DNA from: Azolla caroliniana
Lineage: Eukaryota > Plantae > Polypodiophyta
NCBI GenBank assembly: GCA_043228905.1
Contig: JBHGNT010000018.1
Span: 13,516,001-13,580,000, forward strand
Length of the DNA: 64,000 nt
Direction of reading: 5' to 3'
Below are positions 50,549-62,103 of this stretch, in pieces. The notes beneath the pieces are model-generated. The model was not told where the DNA came from and did not search any database. It saw only the letters and a list, made by a program, of their open reading frames with translations. Positions within the stretch are counted from its first letter, which is position 1; each line of letters starts with the position of its first letter. Made by a program: the position numbers and the translations under genes.

Positions 50549-51700
50549 AGAACCCTGTCAGATTGAACAGTTACCGATGATGCTTGGAACGCACATAGAA
50601 GGCACCTGAGAGTAGAGTGGCACAGAGAAGAGAACCTCGTCAGATTGAACAGTTACCAATGATGCTTGGAACGCACAGTAGCGGCCCCTGAGTGTAGAGT
50701 GGCACAGAGAAGAGAACCCCGTCAGATTGAAAAGCTCTTTGATGATGCTTGGAACGCACAGTAGCGGCCCCTGAGTGTAGAGTGGCAAAGAGAAGAGAAC
50801 CCTGTCAGATTGAACAGCTATTTGATGATGCTTGGAACGCACAGTAGCGGCCCCTGAGTGTAGAGTGGCACAGAGAAGAGAACCCCGTCAGATTGAAAAG
50901 CTCTTTGATGATGCTTGGAACGCACAGTAGCGGCCCCTGAGTGTAGAGTGGCAAAGAGAAGAGAACCCCGTCAGATTGAACAGCTATTTGATGATGCTTG
51001 GAACGCACAGTAGCGGCCCCTGAGTGTAGAGTGGCAAAGAGAAGAGAACCCCGTCAGATTGAACAGCTATTTGATGATGCTTGGAACGCACAGTAGTGGC
51101 CCCTGAGTGTAGAGTGGCATAGAGAAGAGAACCCCGTCAGATTGAAAAGCTCTTTGATGATGCTTGGAACGCACAGTAGCGGCCCCTGAGTGTAGAGTGG
51201 CAAAGAGAAGAGAACCCCGTCAGATTGAACAGCTATTTGATGATGCTTGGAACGCACAGTAGCGGCCCCTGAGTGTAGAGTGGCACATAGAAGAGAACCC
51301 CGTCAGATTGAAAAGCTCTTTGATGATGCTTGGAACGCACAGTAGCGGCCCCTGAGTGTAGAGTGGCAAAGAGAAGAGAACCCCGTCAGATTGAACAGCT
51401 ATTTGATGATGCTTGGAACGCACAGTAGCGGCCCCTGAGTGTAGAGTGGCACATAGAAGAGAACCCCGTCAGATTGAGCAGCTCTTTGATGATGCTTGGA
51501 ATGCACAGTAGCGGCCCCTGAGTGTAGAGTGGCACATAGAAGAGAACCCCGTCAGATTGAACAGCTCTTTGATGATGCTTGGAATGCACAGTAGTGGCCC
51601 CTGAGTGTAGAGTGTCATAGAGAAGAGAACCCCGTCAGATTGAGCAGCTCTTTGATGATGCTTGGAACGCACAGTAGCGGCCCCTCAGTGTAGAGTGGCG
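50549..51700. repeat. 83-bp tandem satellite, about 14 copies, upstream of the transposase ATG
   Basis: Unit agaaccccgtcagattgaacagctatttgatgatgcttggaacgcacagtagcggcccctgagtgtagagtggcaaagagaag, with two alternating variants. Confidence 0.97.
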
Positions 51701-53254
51701 GCAGGTGGACTCGATAGGGTTTAGCAACAGTGGTAGCAACTAACCCACAATACTCAACTAGAGATGGCCTACGTGATGTGGCAAAGGATCATGCATAATG
51801 GACCTAGGAATTCGATATATAATTTATGGTACACATTTATGGTGCACACATCAATTTATGTTGCACATTTATGGCACTCATTTACATATGTAATTAAAAC
51901 ACTCTAGTATTTTCAATGGTAGTTTTTTGCATACTTAATTTATTAATGATGGCTTTTTACTAAAAGGACTATTTATCAATGGTAGCTTTTTGCATAGCTA
52001 ATTAGCTATGTCAAGGACATAGCTAATTGTTTCCACTCGCATACTTTCACCCATTTATAACTTAGGTAAAAAGTAAGAGAGTGAGATATAAAAAAGTGAG
52101 TGAGAGTAAGAAAACAACGTAGTAGGGGTAAAGAAGAAAAAGAATAGAAAAACAGAAAATTGACAAGAGCGAGTTGAGCTCTGCTTATAATGAAATAGAA
52201 GCTTTTGGTTTTGCTACAGAGAGGTAAGTCTCCTTCCCCCTTCCTTTTCTGTCTTGAGCACACTAAACGATCCAACACATCACGATCCGTTGCACACAAC
52301 GAAGAGCCGGAGCACCTTCGTAACATTCGATGGGGTGAGGGGCGTCATCTCCAGTTTCGACGACCCCTTGCTGCTTCGACTTCTCTAGAGTCGAGAATCA
52401 CTCTGTGTAATTTGTCATGTGGTTTGATGCGCCCGAATCCACATACCACACCTCGTTTAACCATGAATTGGCCTTGTGCTTCATTATGAAATTTGGGCTC
52501 GTCTCGGCTTGCCCCGAACCATCAACGTACTGCGATCTATGATGCCTATCGGCGTCTCCTCGGCTCAATCCGAATTGGCACGCTTCTTCCAACACTTGCT
52601 CTCTGTCGTCCTTTCAGCTACAGTACCAACAGTCACTTGTGGGTTGCCCTTCCCGGCTTCAGACACTGTTAACTCTTCGGGCTGGACAATGGCCTAACAC
52701 AGGGTGTCTATGGAAGACACTTCACCAAAGGGTGTTACGGCAACCGGATTAGACTCAACGCTTAATCCGACTTAATTAAGTTACTTAGCATGATCGTCTT
52801 TCATAATTACACGCGTAAAATATAACAATTAAGACAGAACGACAATTAACACAGAGAGATAACAACGCTAAGTTTCTATTAATTAACCGCTATCCATTAC
52901 ATTGTATCCGGGCCTTTAAATAGGTTTCCGGTCTGTATTACAAAACGGTGCCATCCGCACTTGTTTGGGATCGGTCCGGATCCGGAACGGCATACCAATT
53001 CCGGTCCGTCCGTCCACACTCATAGCTTAATTACAACCACATTCCTAGTACTTAAATAACTCTCTGTTTCCCACTCTGGACTCCTTTGCCGACCAGTAAC
53101 ACATGGCACGCCCGTGGGACAGTACCTTGTACGTCGAATCCACAACCGACCCTTGCTATTCTTCGTCCAAAATATCCAGAATGCTTTGTTCGAGAGGCTC
53201 CAATGGTTCATCTGGAAGTGGTTGTTGTTGTTGTTGTTGTTGCTCTGTTGATGT

Positions 53255-55930
53255 CTACTGCGGCGGGTTCGTTGGTGGCTGCTGCGGCTGCTCCTCCGTT
53301 TGTTGCTCTGACACCGGCGTCTCTGTCGTTGCTCCCTTCGTCGTAGTGGTCTCCGGTTGACTGCTTCCCGGCTGGCCCTCAGCCGGCGACGGTTCCTCAT
53401 CACTAAGGTTAACCGTTGCCGCTTCCCGTGCTTTTTCTTCCCGAACCCGGGACCGCTCATAGCTTTCAAACTGGATTTGAGCGTCCAGCCTATCATCGTC
53501 TAGTTGAGCTACGAGCTGCCTGACCTGCGCCAGCTGTTCATCTGCCAGGACTTGGAAGTCGTCGGCCAGCTCGTCCCGTATGGCGGTGAATTCCTCGGAA
53601 GTCAACGTATAACAATCATCTCCTTCCTTCCACCGGTTTGCCACATCTGCCCGTAGCAACTGGAGTTCCGCCGTGTTTTGTGCCCACTTTGTCCACCATT
53701 TTACGGAGCTTTCATCAATCAAGTGTTTTGTCTGATTCAGCCATGCCCGGAGGATGGACTGAATCCAGCTCATTCCCAATTGCGATTTGGTTTCCGCCGC
53801 TTGTCGTTCCTCCTTCAGTTGCTTGATGATTTTGACGTTGTCTTCCGCCTGCGCCTTGTAATGCGTCAATTGCCTTTGATATGTGCTTTGTAATTTTTGC
53901 AATACTGTTAACGCTCTCTCTTTTTCTTCCTGTTGCTACCTCTGGAGCTCCATCCGGACCTTCTCCGCCTCGTCCAAGCGTCTTGTATTTTCCGCACGTT
54001 CATCGGCGATCGCCGTCGCGGCCCGATCAACTTCCTGCTGGAGCTCGGCCATCCGTTCCTTATGCTCCGTTTCCAGCCGTTTGTAGTCCTGGTGCAGGTG
54101 CTCAAAATCATCTGTCTTTTGCTTGAGTCGTGCGTTGATCTGTCGACGGGCCCGGTCCTCACGGTCCTTCTGCTGGCGAAGCTCTTCCTTTAGCCGTTCA
54201 ATCTCTGTTTCCGCCATTTTCCGCAGCTTGTCCTTTTCCAGCAGCACTTTGTCTTTCTCCTCCTTTAGCCGGTCGTACGCTTGATGGCCTTTCAGGAGGC
54301 TCTCCTCTGCCCCGACGGAGGTTCTCAGCAGTCTTCTTTAATTCGGCTTCGGCCGCTGTCTTCAATTCTCGTTCACGGCTCCTTAGCGCTTCTTGTGCGG
54401 CAAGTTCATCTCTCAATTCCGCAAGCTCCTGGGCTTGCGCCGCATCTCTCGCCGGAACAGTTTCCGTTGCTGGGGTCTTATTAGTATGTACAGGTCGATC
54501 TGTTTCTTTATTCTGTACACTTACCGGAGTCACCGGTGATTGGATCTGTGTTGCCGTTAAGGCCATTTTGGCCATCTCTATCGTGACCTGATCCAAGTCT
54601 TTTTCAAGGCACCGGATTCTGGACCAGGCTGTCTCTAGTTGTTCGGTTGTGATGAGCAACCGTTCTCTTTGCGCTCTTTCTTCCGCCTCAATATACTCCA
54701 CTGCTCCGGCTATCTGTTCGCCTATCCACCGGAGCCACAAGCTACCGGTGCCTTGTTGTGCTTGCACGGAGGTTTGACAGATGGGCTCACTTGTAGAGGG
54801 GTGGTCCCGCCTGGTTGCGCCGAGTTTCAGTTCCGTTTCTGCCCGTGGACCACCCTGCTGTCCTGGTTCCCCTTGCGCTTCTTCTTGGCTGGCCGAGGGA
54901 GGCTGCATTGACCTTTTCGGCTCTGGCGGGATGGGACTTGCCGGTGTTGCCGGTGGTGCCGGGGCTTCTGATTCTGGTGCCATGCGTACCGGTTCCGGTT
55001 CCTTCCTTGGCGTGGGAGTCTCAGTATGGGGAGCCGGTGTTCCCTCCGTCTGAGGGTTCGAACGTTTCCCGGCTGCCTCAACGGTCCTTGCCGACGACCG
55101 TCGCTGGAGGTGCTCCGTAGGCTCCTCTTCTATTTCCTCTTCCTGAGCCCCGGCATTGAGTTTTGCCGCCAAGGGGTCCGCTTCTCTATCCATCGGTCGG
55201 CGGAGTGTAACCTTTACGGGCCGTGCCGGTTGTTCCTCCTGCGCCTCCGTTGGGCGCTTCCGGCTGCCGCCTGTTCTGCATCCGCCGCCTTTCCCTTACT
55301 GGCCTTAGAGGCCAACAACTGTTGTCATTTGGAAGCCGTCTTTGGGGTGCCGTCCGCCACTCTTCCTCGCTTCTTGGGTTGGACGGGTTGGACGGGTGGC
55401 ACAAGCAAGGTGAGCCACTGCGTTACGGCGTGCCATATCCTCCGTCCGTCTCGGCCTTCCTTGCCGTCTTTGCCTCTGACGATCTCGATCGCCGCACACA
55501 ACCCGTTTGCGATCAATACCGGGCAATCCACCTTGACCCCTTCATAAGTGGTGATGATCATCCCTGCCTGGTTCTGCGGCATGACAGGGGGTCTAGGGTA
55601 CACGTGGCCGTATTCGTGGAGCACACGAGCAATCTTGCGGAACAGCATATCTCCGCCGCCCTGTGTCCGGTAGCCCTTGCTGGCTAGCGAGTACTCACCA
55701 AAATACCTGATGAGTTGCTCCGGGGTTCGATTGTCGATCGTGAGTATGCCTCCCTTCGGAAGACCTGTTAACGCTCGAATCGCCTCTGCCGTTATGACCT
55801 CTGTGTCGATTTCTTTGATCACTTTGTCGGCTTCTTTCTGTGGCGGTACTTCCATCATCATCAAGAAGCCCTCGAGCCCGTGTTGCTTTAGCCATGTCTT
55901 GGCGGCTTCCGACAGCGTTTGCGGGTCCAT
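53255..55930 (-). pseudogene. Extra sense ORF downstream of pol (~890 codons, interrupted): globular N-terminal domain, Pro/Glu linker, long coiled coil, conserved C-terminal domain
   Basis: ORF pieces 55325-55930, 54198-55193, 53936-54247 and 53255-53902 are collinear. Homolog at 29212-30909. Confidence 0.75.
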
Positions 55931-56339
55931 TTCTGTGTCGAGGTCTGATTGCGGTGGCGAAGTTGGATGGTGATGAGAGTGAGGTTGAGAGAGAGAGAGT
56001 TTAGAAAGCGGGGGTTCTCTGTGCGCAGGTTCTCGTCTGATGATCTTTCAGCGTCTTGGTGCTTCTGTGCTCCTGGGTTCGCGAAAGTAAAGGGTCTCTA
56101 CGCGCAGTGGTTTTTGTCTGTGCATTCTGGCGCCTTTTTCGAGTGTGTGCATGTCGTGTACTAAAATAGCATTATGTCCTGTGATGGCGCTTTAAATGCC
56201 CACTACGTACCTTTTCGCTCCTCGCTCTTTCATCCATTCATTCCTTGCTTTTGCATGATTGTTTTTATTTATTATTTATTTATTTTAACCAATAATTTAA
56301 TTTAGTGTGACGTTACTTGTCTGTTGGTCCTCTTGGACC

Positions 56340-59300
56340 CTTACCGGTCTCATTTTCCCCAGTTACTGGCTCGCCTTCTCTGCCGTCTTGGTGGTTGCCG
56401 TTTCCCTCACTGGTGTCGGTCCTCAATATGGCTTCAACCGGAATCCGTTGACCCATTTGCCTAGCACTTCGCCGGCAAGTGTCCCTAACTGGTAGGACCC
56501 ATTATACTCCCGTGTTAGCCAATACGGTCCGGTCCATCTAAACCATAGGTTACCCGGCATCTTGCCCATCCAGGTCTGAAATACTAACACCAGTTTGCCG
56601 ATTGCGAACATTTTTTCGTTTCCTTTCCTGTGCCGGTCGACAAATGCTTTCCGTCGCCGTTGCTCCAATTCTAAGTGCAGGATGCTGGCTAGTCATTGTT
56701 CCTCGAGTTCACACAACGCTGTCAACCGTATTGCCTCCGACTCCTTCTCATTCAGTCGTTCCCGTAGCTGGATCCGTAAGCTGGGTACTTGGAATTCCAC
56801 TGACATTACCGCCTCTAGTCCGAACGCTAACCGGAACGGTGTTGTTCGGATGCTCGTCTTGTATGTCGTCCGGTATGCCGAAAGCGCGCTATGTAGCTTT
56901 GTATCCCAATCCGTTCGGTTTTCGTTGACGATCTTCCGGAGGATATTCTGGAGCGTCTTGTTCGTTGATTCCGCTAAACCGTTCGCCTATGGATAGTAAG
57001 GTGTGCTTCGTTTGTGGACAACGGCATAGAATGTCGTCAGGCTTTCCACTACTTGGCCGAGAAAGTGCCCCCCTTGGTCGCTTATTAATTCAATTGGGCA
57101 TCCGTAACGGCACCAGATGTACTCATATAGAAACTTCGCCGTTGACACAGCGGTGTTGTCCCTTAATGCTTTGGCCTCCACCCATTTCGTGCAGTAATCC
57201 GTCACGACGATGACGTATCGATTACCCGTTCTCATTGCCAGTGGCTTGAATGGTCCCACAAAGTCCAGCCCCCACTTCTGGAATGGCTCGAGTGGTAGTA
57301 CCGGCTGGTGTGGCATACGAGCCTGCTCCGTTGGTTGACCCATTCGCTAGCATAGGTCACATTCTTTTGCGTACCGTACCGCATCTCTTAATGTCGTTGG
57401 CCACCATAGGCCACTTTGCCATATTTTCCTGGCCGTCGCATCTCCGGCATAGTGACCTCCGGCAACTCCACAGTGGGCTTCCCTCAGTATCAGTTCCTTT
57501 TCATCGCTGCGCACCGCCCGTCTCCATATGCCGTCCGCGCCCTTGTGGTACAGTGCGTCTTGCAGTAAGCAGCAATGTCGGCTTTGCACAACCAGGCGTT
57601 TCCGTTCGTCCCGGTTCATCTCTTCCAGAGGCAATCCTGTGCTTAGAAACTGGTGCATATTTGTGAGCCATTTGTCTTCCTGTGCCACCATCTCATCTGC
57701 TGCTGTCTCCGTAGTGACTTGAAACAGCTCCGCATCCAGAAACTCATCCGCTACTCCGTCACCCGTCTCTCCAGACTCTAATCGGCTTAAGTAATCCGCC
57801 ACGACATGCTGTATACCGGGTCGGTGGAATATTTCAAACTCGAACTCCTGTAACAGTAAGGTCCACCGGGCCAATTTGCCGGTGAGTGACGCTTTGGACA
57901 CCAGGTAAAGGAGTGCCGAATGATCTACATGGAAGGAAAACTTCCTTCCCAATAAATAATGTCGAAACTTTGTCACATTGTAGATCATCCCTAGAGCTTC
58001 TCGTTCTGTGGTACAGTAGTTCCGTTCTCCTTGGGATAGCTTCCGGCTGGCATAGTACACTGGCCGGTACCATTTTGGCTCCGTAAGCTGCCTAAGTACG
58101 CTTCCGCTTGCGTTGTCGGAGGCGTCCACGAACACGTGAAATTCTTTACTCCAATCCGGAGGCTGCACTACCTATGCCTGCGACAATAGTACCTTGAGGG
58201 CCCTATACGCCCTATCCTCGGTGTCGGTCCACTGGAATGGTGTCCGATGTACGGCGGCATGCAACGGTGTAGCCAGGTCGGCCAAGTATCGGAGTATTCG
58301 GCTGTGCCACCGTATCTGGCCTAAGAACCGGCTTAATGCCTTTCCCTTTGACGGTGCCGGTGCTTCTAATATGGCTTTCACTTTGTTCGGGTCGACTGCA
58401 ATACCTTCCTGACTCACAATATGTCCTAATAGAGTTCCACTGGATACGCCAAATACACACTTTGCCGGATTCAAGCTTAGCCGGTACGTTCTACACTTTT
58501 CTAGACAAAGACGGAGGTGCTGAAAATGGTCCTCCTCTCGGCTCTAGACGGAAAAATCGTCAAGGAAAACCTGCATAAAAGCCGGAATATATTCACCAAA
58601 GATTTCCATGATGATTCGTTGAAATGTTGTCGGTGCCGTTTTGAGTCCGAACATCATCACCACGGCCACAAACACCCCCCATTCAGTGAGGAAAGCTGTT
58701 TTCTCTTGGTCACAAACACCCCCCATCCGGATCTGATTATACCCGCTGAATCCGTCTAGGAAACTATAGACCTCATGGCCGGCGACGGCATCCAACAGTC
58801 CATCTATGAACGGAAGTGGAAACGCATCCGTTACCGTAGCTGCATTGAGTTTCCGGTAGTCCACACAAACTCGAATTTTTCCGTTCTTCTTCGGTACGAC
58901 TACGATCGGGCTCAGCCATGTCGCTTTCTTTACCGGACGGATAAAGCAAACTCTTAGCAGTTTGTCGATTTCCTCCTTGACCTTGGCGGCATAATTGGGA
59001 TTCATCCAGTACCGTCTTTGTGCCACTGGTTTTGCGTCCTTGCTCAAGTGCACCTGATGCTGGTATAACTGAGGGTCGAGTCCTCGCATGTCTTCGTATG
59101 ACCAGGCGAACACATCGCGAAATTCCGTGAGAAGTGTGATCATCGCCGTTTTGTCCTCGGACTTCATCTCCTTGGCGATGTGCACCGGTTTTGCGTCGTT
59201 CGTGGTCCCTAGGTTCACCTCTTCCAGTTGCGACGCTTTTACGCGCTGTGAAACGGCCATTTCCCGTTCCAACGCTTCCTGCGCTTGCCGTAACTCCCGG

Positions 59301-60300
59301 ATTGCGTCTTTATCCGGTTCTGCTTCAGCCTCTTCCGGTTGCGGTAAGTATGGTGCTATTGCTTCGGCAATGTCAATTTCGAAGAGGGGTATGATCTTCG
59401 GGTTTTCCTGCAGGTACCGAGCTTCTTCTTCGTCAGCTAACCCTTCTAGCATGTTGACGCATTCCGCATACAACGGTGTACATTCCTTGCCAGTGCTCGT
59501 CCTTGGCTGTGTTCATACCCGTACCTTGGCTTTTCCTCGCCGGAAGGTAATTATATTTTTCCGCCAATTCTATTTGATATGTGCCGTTTTCAACCATGGC
59601 CGCCCCAACAATAGCGGGTATGCGCCTTGTGCCTATAATCGTAGCACTACGGCCGAGATGTGAAATGTATGACCACCGACGGTGACTTCTAATTTCCGTA
59701 TTAATCCTGTTGGCCGCAATGAGCTTGTATCGGCCATCCGCAACCAGAACGGACACGGCTCCCACTCGTGGATTCCTAGGGCATCACACGTCCGGAGGCT
59801 TATTACATTCACCCCAGAGCCTCCGTCTATAACTGTGCCGGGGAGTTCTTTCCCTTTTACAATGGCAGTGATTACTGGACTGCTTGTGTCCACCACCGTT
59901 GGTCCCTCCTCCGGATTTGAGAAGAGTACCGGTGCCGATGATGGTTCTCCTGCCGTCATGGCCGTCTTCAGTCCTTCCGTGAATCTTGGCACGAGTTGTA
60001 GGAGTCTTCCTAGTGGCAACGTAATCTGGCATTCTTGCAATGCCTGCCATGTCTCGTTCTCGGAGTTACTACCGCCGGCAAGCCCTACGGTGTTCTCCTT
60101 TTGCCGTTGTAAGTCTGTGACATTCTGCTTGTTTGTTTTCTTTACCCATTCCGTTGCTTGTTTCCGGATAGTCTCCTGTGTCTCCCATTCCTTGGCCATG
60201 CCCTTCGACCTTGTGGTCACCTGTTGCAGATCTGTCACCTCAGGGACTACCATATTTACCGCCGGTCGTTTTTCCTCTTCTTTTGGTGATGAAGGCCTCT
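56340..60300 (-). pseudogene. Gypsy pol (PR-RT-RH-IN) with in-frame stops
   Basis: Motifs VIDGGSGVN, RVCVDYRKLN, FLDGFSGYNQI, VFLDDF, FHVFVDAS, H..VAGGH...C..C, WGLDFVGP, ISDQGGHF and WTGPY. No chromodomain or archaeal RNase H seen. Confidence 0.95.
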
Positions 60301-62103
60301 CCTCTTCGACATCGTGGTTGCCAAAAACTGTGTTAACTCTTCGGGCCGGACAATGGCCTAACACAGGGTGTCTACGGAAGACACTTCACCAAAGGGTGTT
60401 ACGGCAACCGGATTAGACTCAATGCTTAATCCGACTTAATTAAGTTACTTAGCATGATCGTCTTTCATAATTATACGCGTAAAATATAACAATTAAGACA
60501 GAACGGCAATTAACACAGAGAGATAACAACGCTAAGCTTCTATTAATTAACCGTTATCCATTACATTGTATTCGGGCCTTTAAATAGGTTTTCGGTCTGT
60601 ATTACAAAACGGTGCCATCCGCACCTGTTCGGGATCGGTTTGGATCCAGAACGGCATACCGATTCCGGTCCGTTCGTCCACACTCATAGCTTAATTACAA
60701 CCACATTCCTAGTACTTAAATAACTCTCCGTTTCCCACTCTGGACTCCTTTGCCGGCCGGTAACAGGCACCCCCTTGACTCCCCCTACTCGTGGAGGGTC
60801 TAGTACTGTAGTTGACATTTCAATTATGCCTCGAGTTCTGCTCTTGTCGGCCGCCTCCATTGAGTGCCGACCCACCTCATCCACCATGACCATGGGACCG
60901 ATCCAACTCTATGTACAACGTCTTGTTGTCGGTGTCTGTACTTGTTGATGCACTTGAGTGACTTTCCTCTACAAGCAACATCAATTGTAGCTCGAAAAAC
61001 GAAGGTGTATTCTACCTCGTGCAAACAGCCGTTCGGAATGCTCCGAACTTTGACGCCAACCCTCTGAGATAGACCTACACCATTTTGTCCTCCTTGACAG
61101 TCACGTTAATGGAGGCAAGGGGGTCGGAGATCTCCTTGATTCGAGTTGTATAATTGGCCATAGACAAATATCTCTATCAGACATTATGGAGTTCCTCCCT
61201 AAGTTGCGACTTCCTGGTCATTTTGCTAGTGGCGAAAGTCCATCTAAGATTTGCCCACGTATCCTTTGGCATCTTGGTGTTCTGGATATAAATCAAAAAT
61301 TGATCGCTCACACAAGATGCGAAGCAGTAGAGAACTCTGCTTGCCGCCTATTCCCAAGTTGGGAAATCTCTATGTGTCGAATCTGGTGTTGCATCATTAG
61401 CTCCTTCGACATAACTCAAGTATCCGTGCTCGAGAAATTACTGGTGCATCTTGTATGACCAAGATGTGTAGTTGATCCTATCGAGCTTCTCTATCGGAAG
61501 CGAGCTTCCCATTCCTCTATACATGTTCCTGTCTTTTCTTTTCCGAAAATGAGAAAACTTGTCTCTGTCTTATTCGCTTGCTTTTTTGTCGACTACAGAG
61601 GTTTCGCCACCCTCGTGCTCTAATACCATGTAAAAAGTTATGTGTGCGAAAGACACCGTCGTGTACATTATAGGTTATTTAGAAACTTGAAAATACAACA
61701 GTTAGCTAAGCACAGGGAATGTAATAGAGAGAGAGAGGGACTAAGTGGAGCAAACAACAACATTTCGATTACAAAATGACTCAATACTCTATACAACAAC
61801 AACGCACAAAGTGCACTTTATATACAAGCCCTGATGAGTGGGCTGACACAACTACAGTTAGTACTGGAATGCTTATAAATGAGCCTGACACTAACATCCT
61901 ATAATATTCCTATTTGCTAAAATAGGAATATAGGCCTCTAACGGCCAATCAGATTCTATCCGACTCAGCACACCTGAATCGAACTCCATTTGATTCGGCT
62001 CTCAGCTTCTTCAGCCGATTCGGGCCTAGCAAATCGGTTTCCAACCTATTCGGCTCTCGGCTTCTTTAGCCAATTCGACCTATGTTGAGCTTGCCTCTCA
62101 ACA

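Larger units (their letters stand above)
40805..52052. mobile_element. Sola2-type DNA transposon, 11,248 bp, 25-bp TIRs, 4-bp TSD ATTT
   Basis: Left TIR GGGTAAAAGCATGCGAGTGGAAACA (40805-40829) matches the reverse complement of the right end GGGTGAAAGTATGCGAGTGGAAACA (52028-52052) at 23/25. ATTT at 40801-40804 and 52053-52056. Empty site gtaagtgATTTataacttagg at ~31311 and ~31565. Confidence 0.9.
31235..52325 (+). mobile_element. Copia element C (same family as B): 5' LTR remnant, gag-pol pseudogene ~31600-40618, PPT, 3' LTR split as 40636-40804 plus 52057-52325; hosts element F and the Sola2 element
   Basis: Motifs [49 protein letters not shown] and YVDD. LTR homology to 3517-4037. Confidence 0.9.
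52667..60765 (-). mobile_element. Athila/Tat-like gypsy element: two 435-bp LTRs (52667-53101, 60331-60765), gag largely missing, pol, extra 3' ORF; TSD GACAC/GGCAC
   Basis: LTRs differ at about 19 positions by eye, all transitions. 5-bp TSD with one mismatch. Putative PBS TGGCAACCAC (possibly tRNA-Arg) at ~60314-60323. Confidence 0.92.
52326..62103 (-). mobile_element. Family-D copia 5' part (LTR 61629-62103, PBS 61617-61628, gag and PR), split by a gypsy insertion
   Basis: TGGTATTAGAGC, EKLDRINYTSWSYKMHQ and WYVDSGASNHM (52398-52595). Gag is collinear across the insertion. Confidence 0.85.

Noticed and set aside
50558-51672. Repeated 67-aa ORFs (MRSKHHQIAV...)
   Set aside because: They are by-products of translating an 83-bp repeat whose length is not a multiple of 3.
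50549-51700. CRISPR-like array
   Set aside because: The units are contiguous near-identical 83-mers with no unique spacers, there are no cas genes, and the context is eukaryotic.
59088-60416. Long + strand ORFs (191 and 244 aa) and similar antisense ORFs elsewhere
   Set aside because: They are shadow frames opposite retrotransposon pol or gag with no independent motifs.
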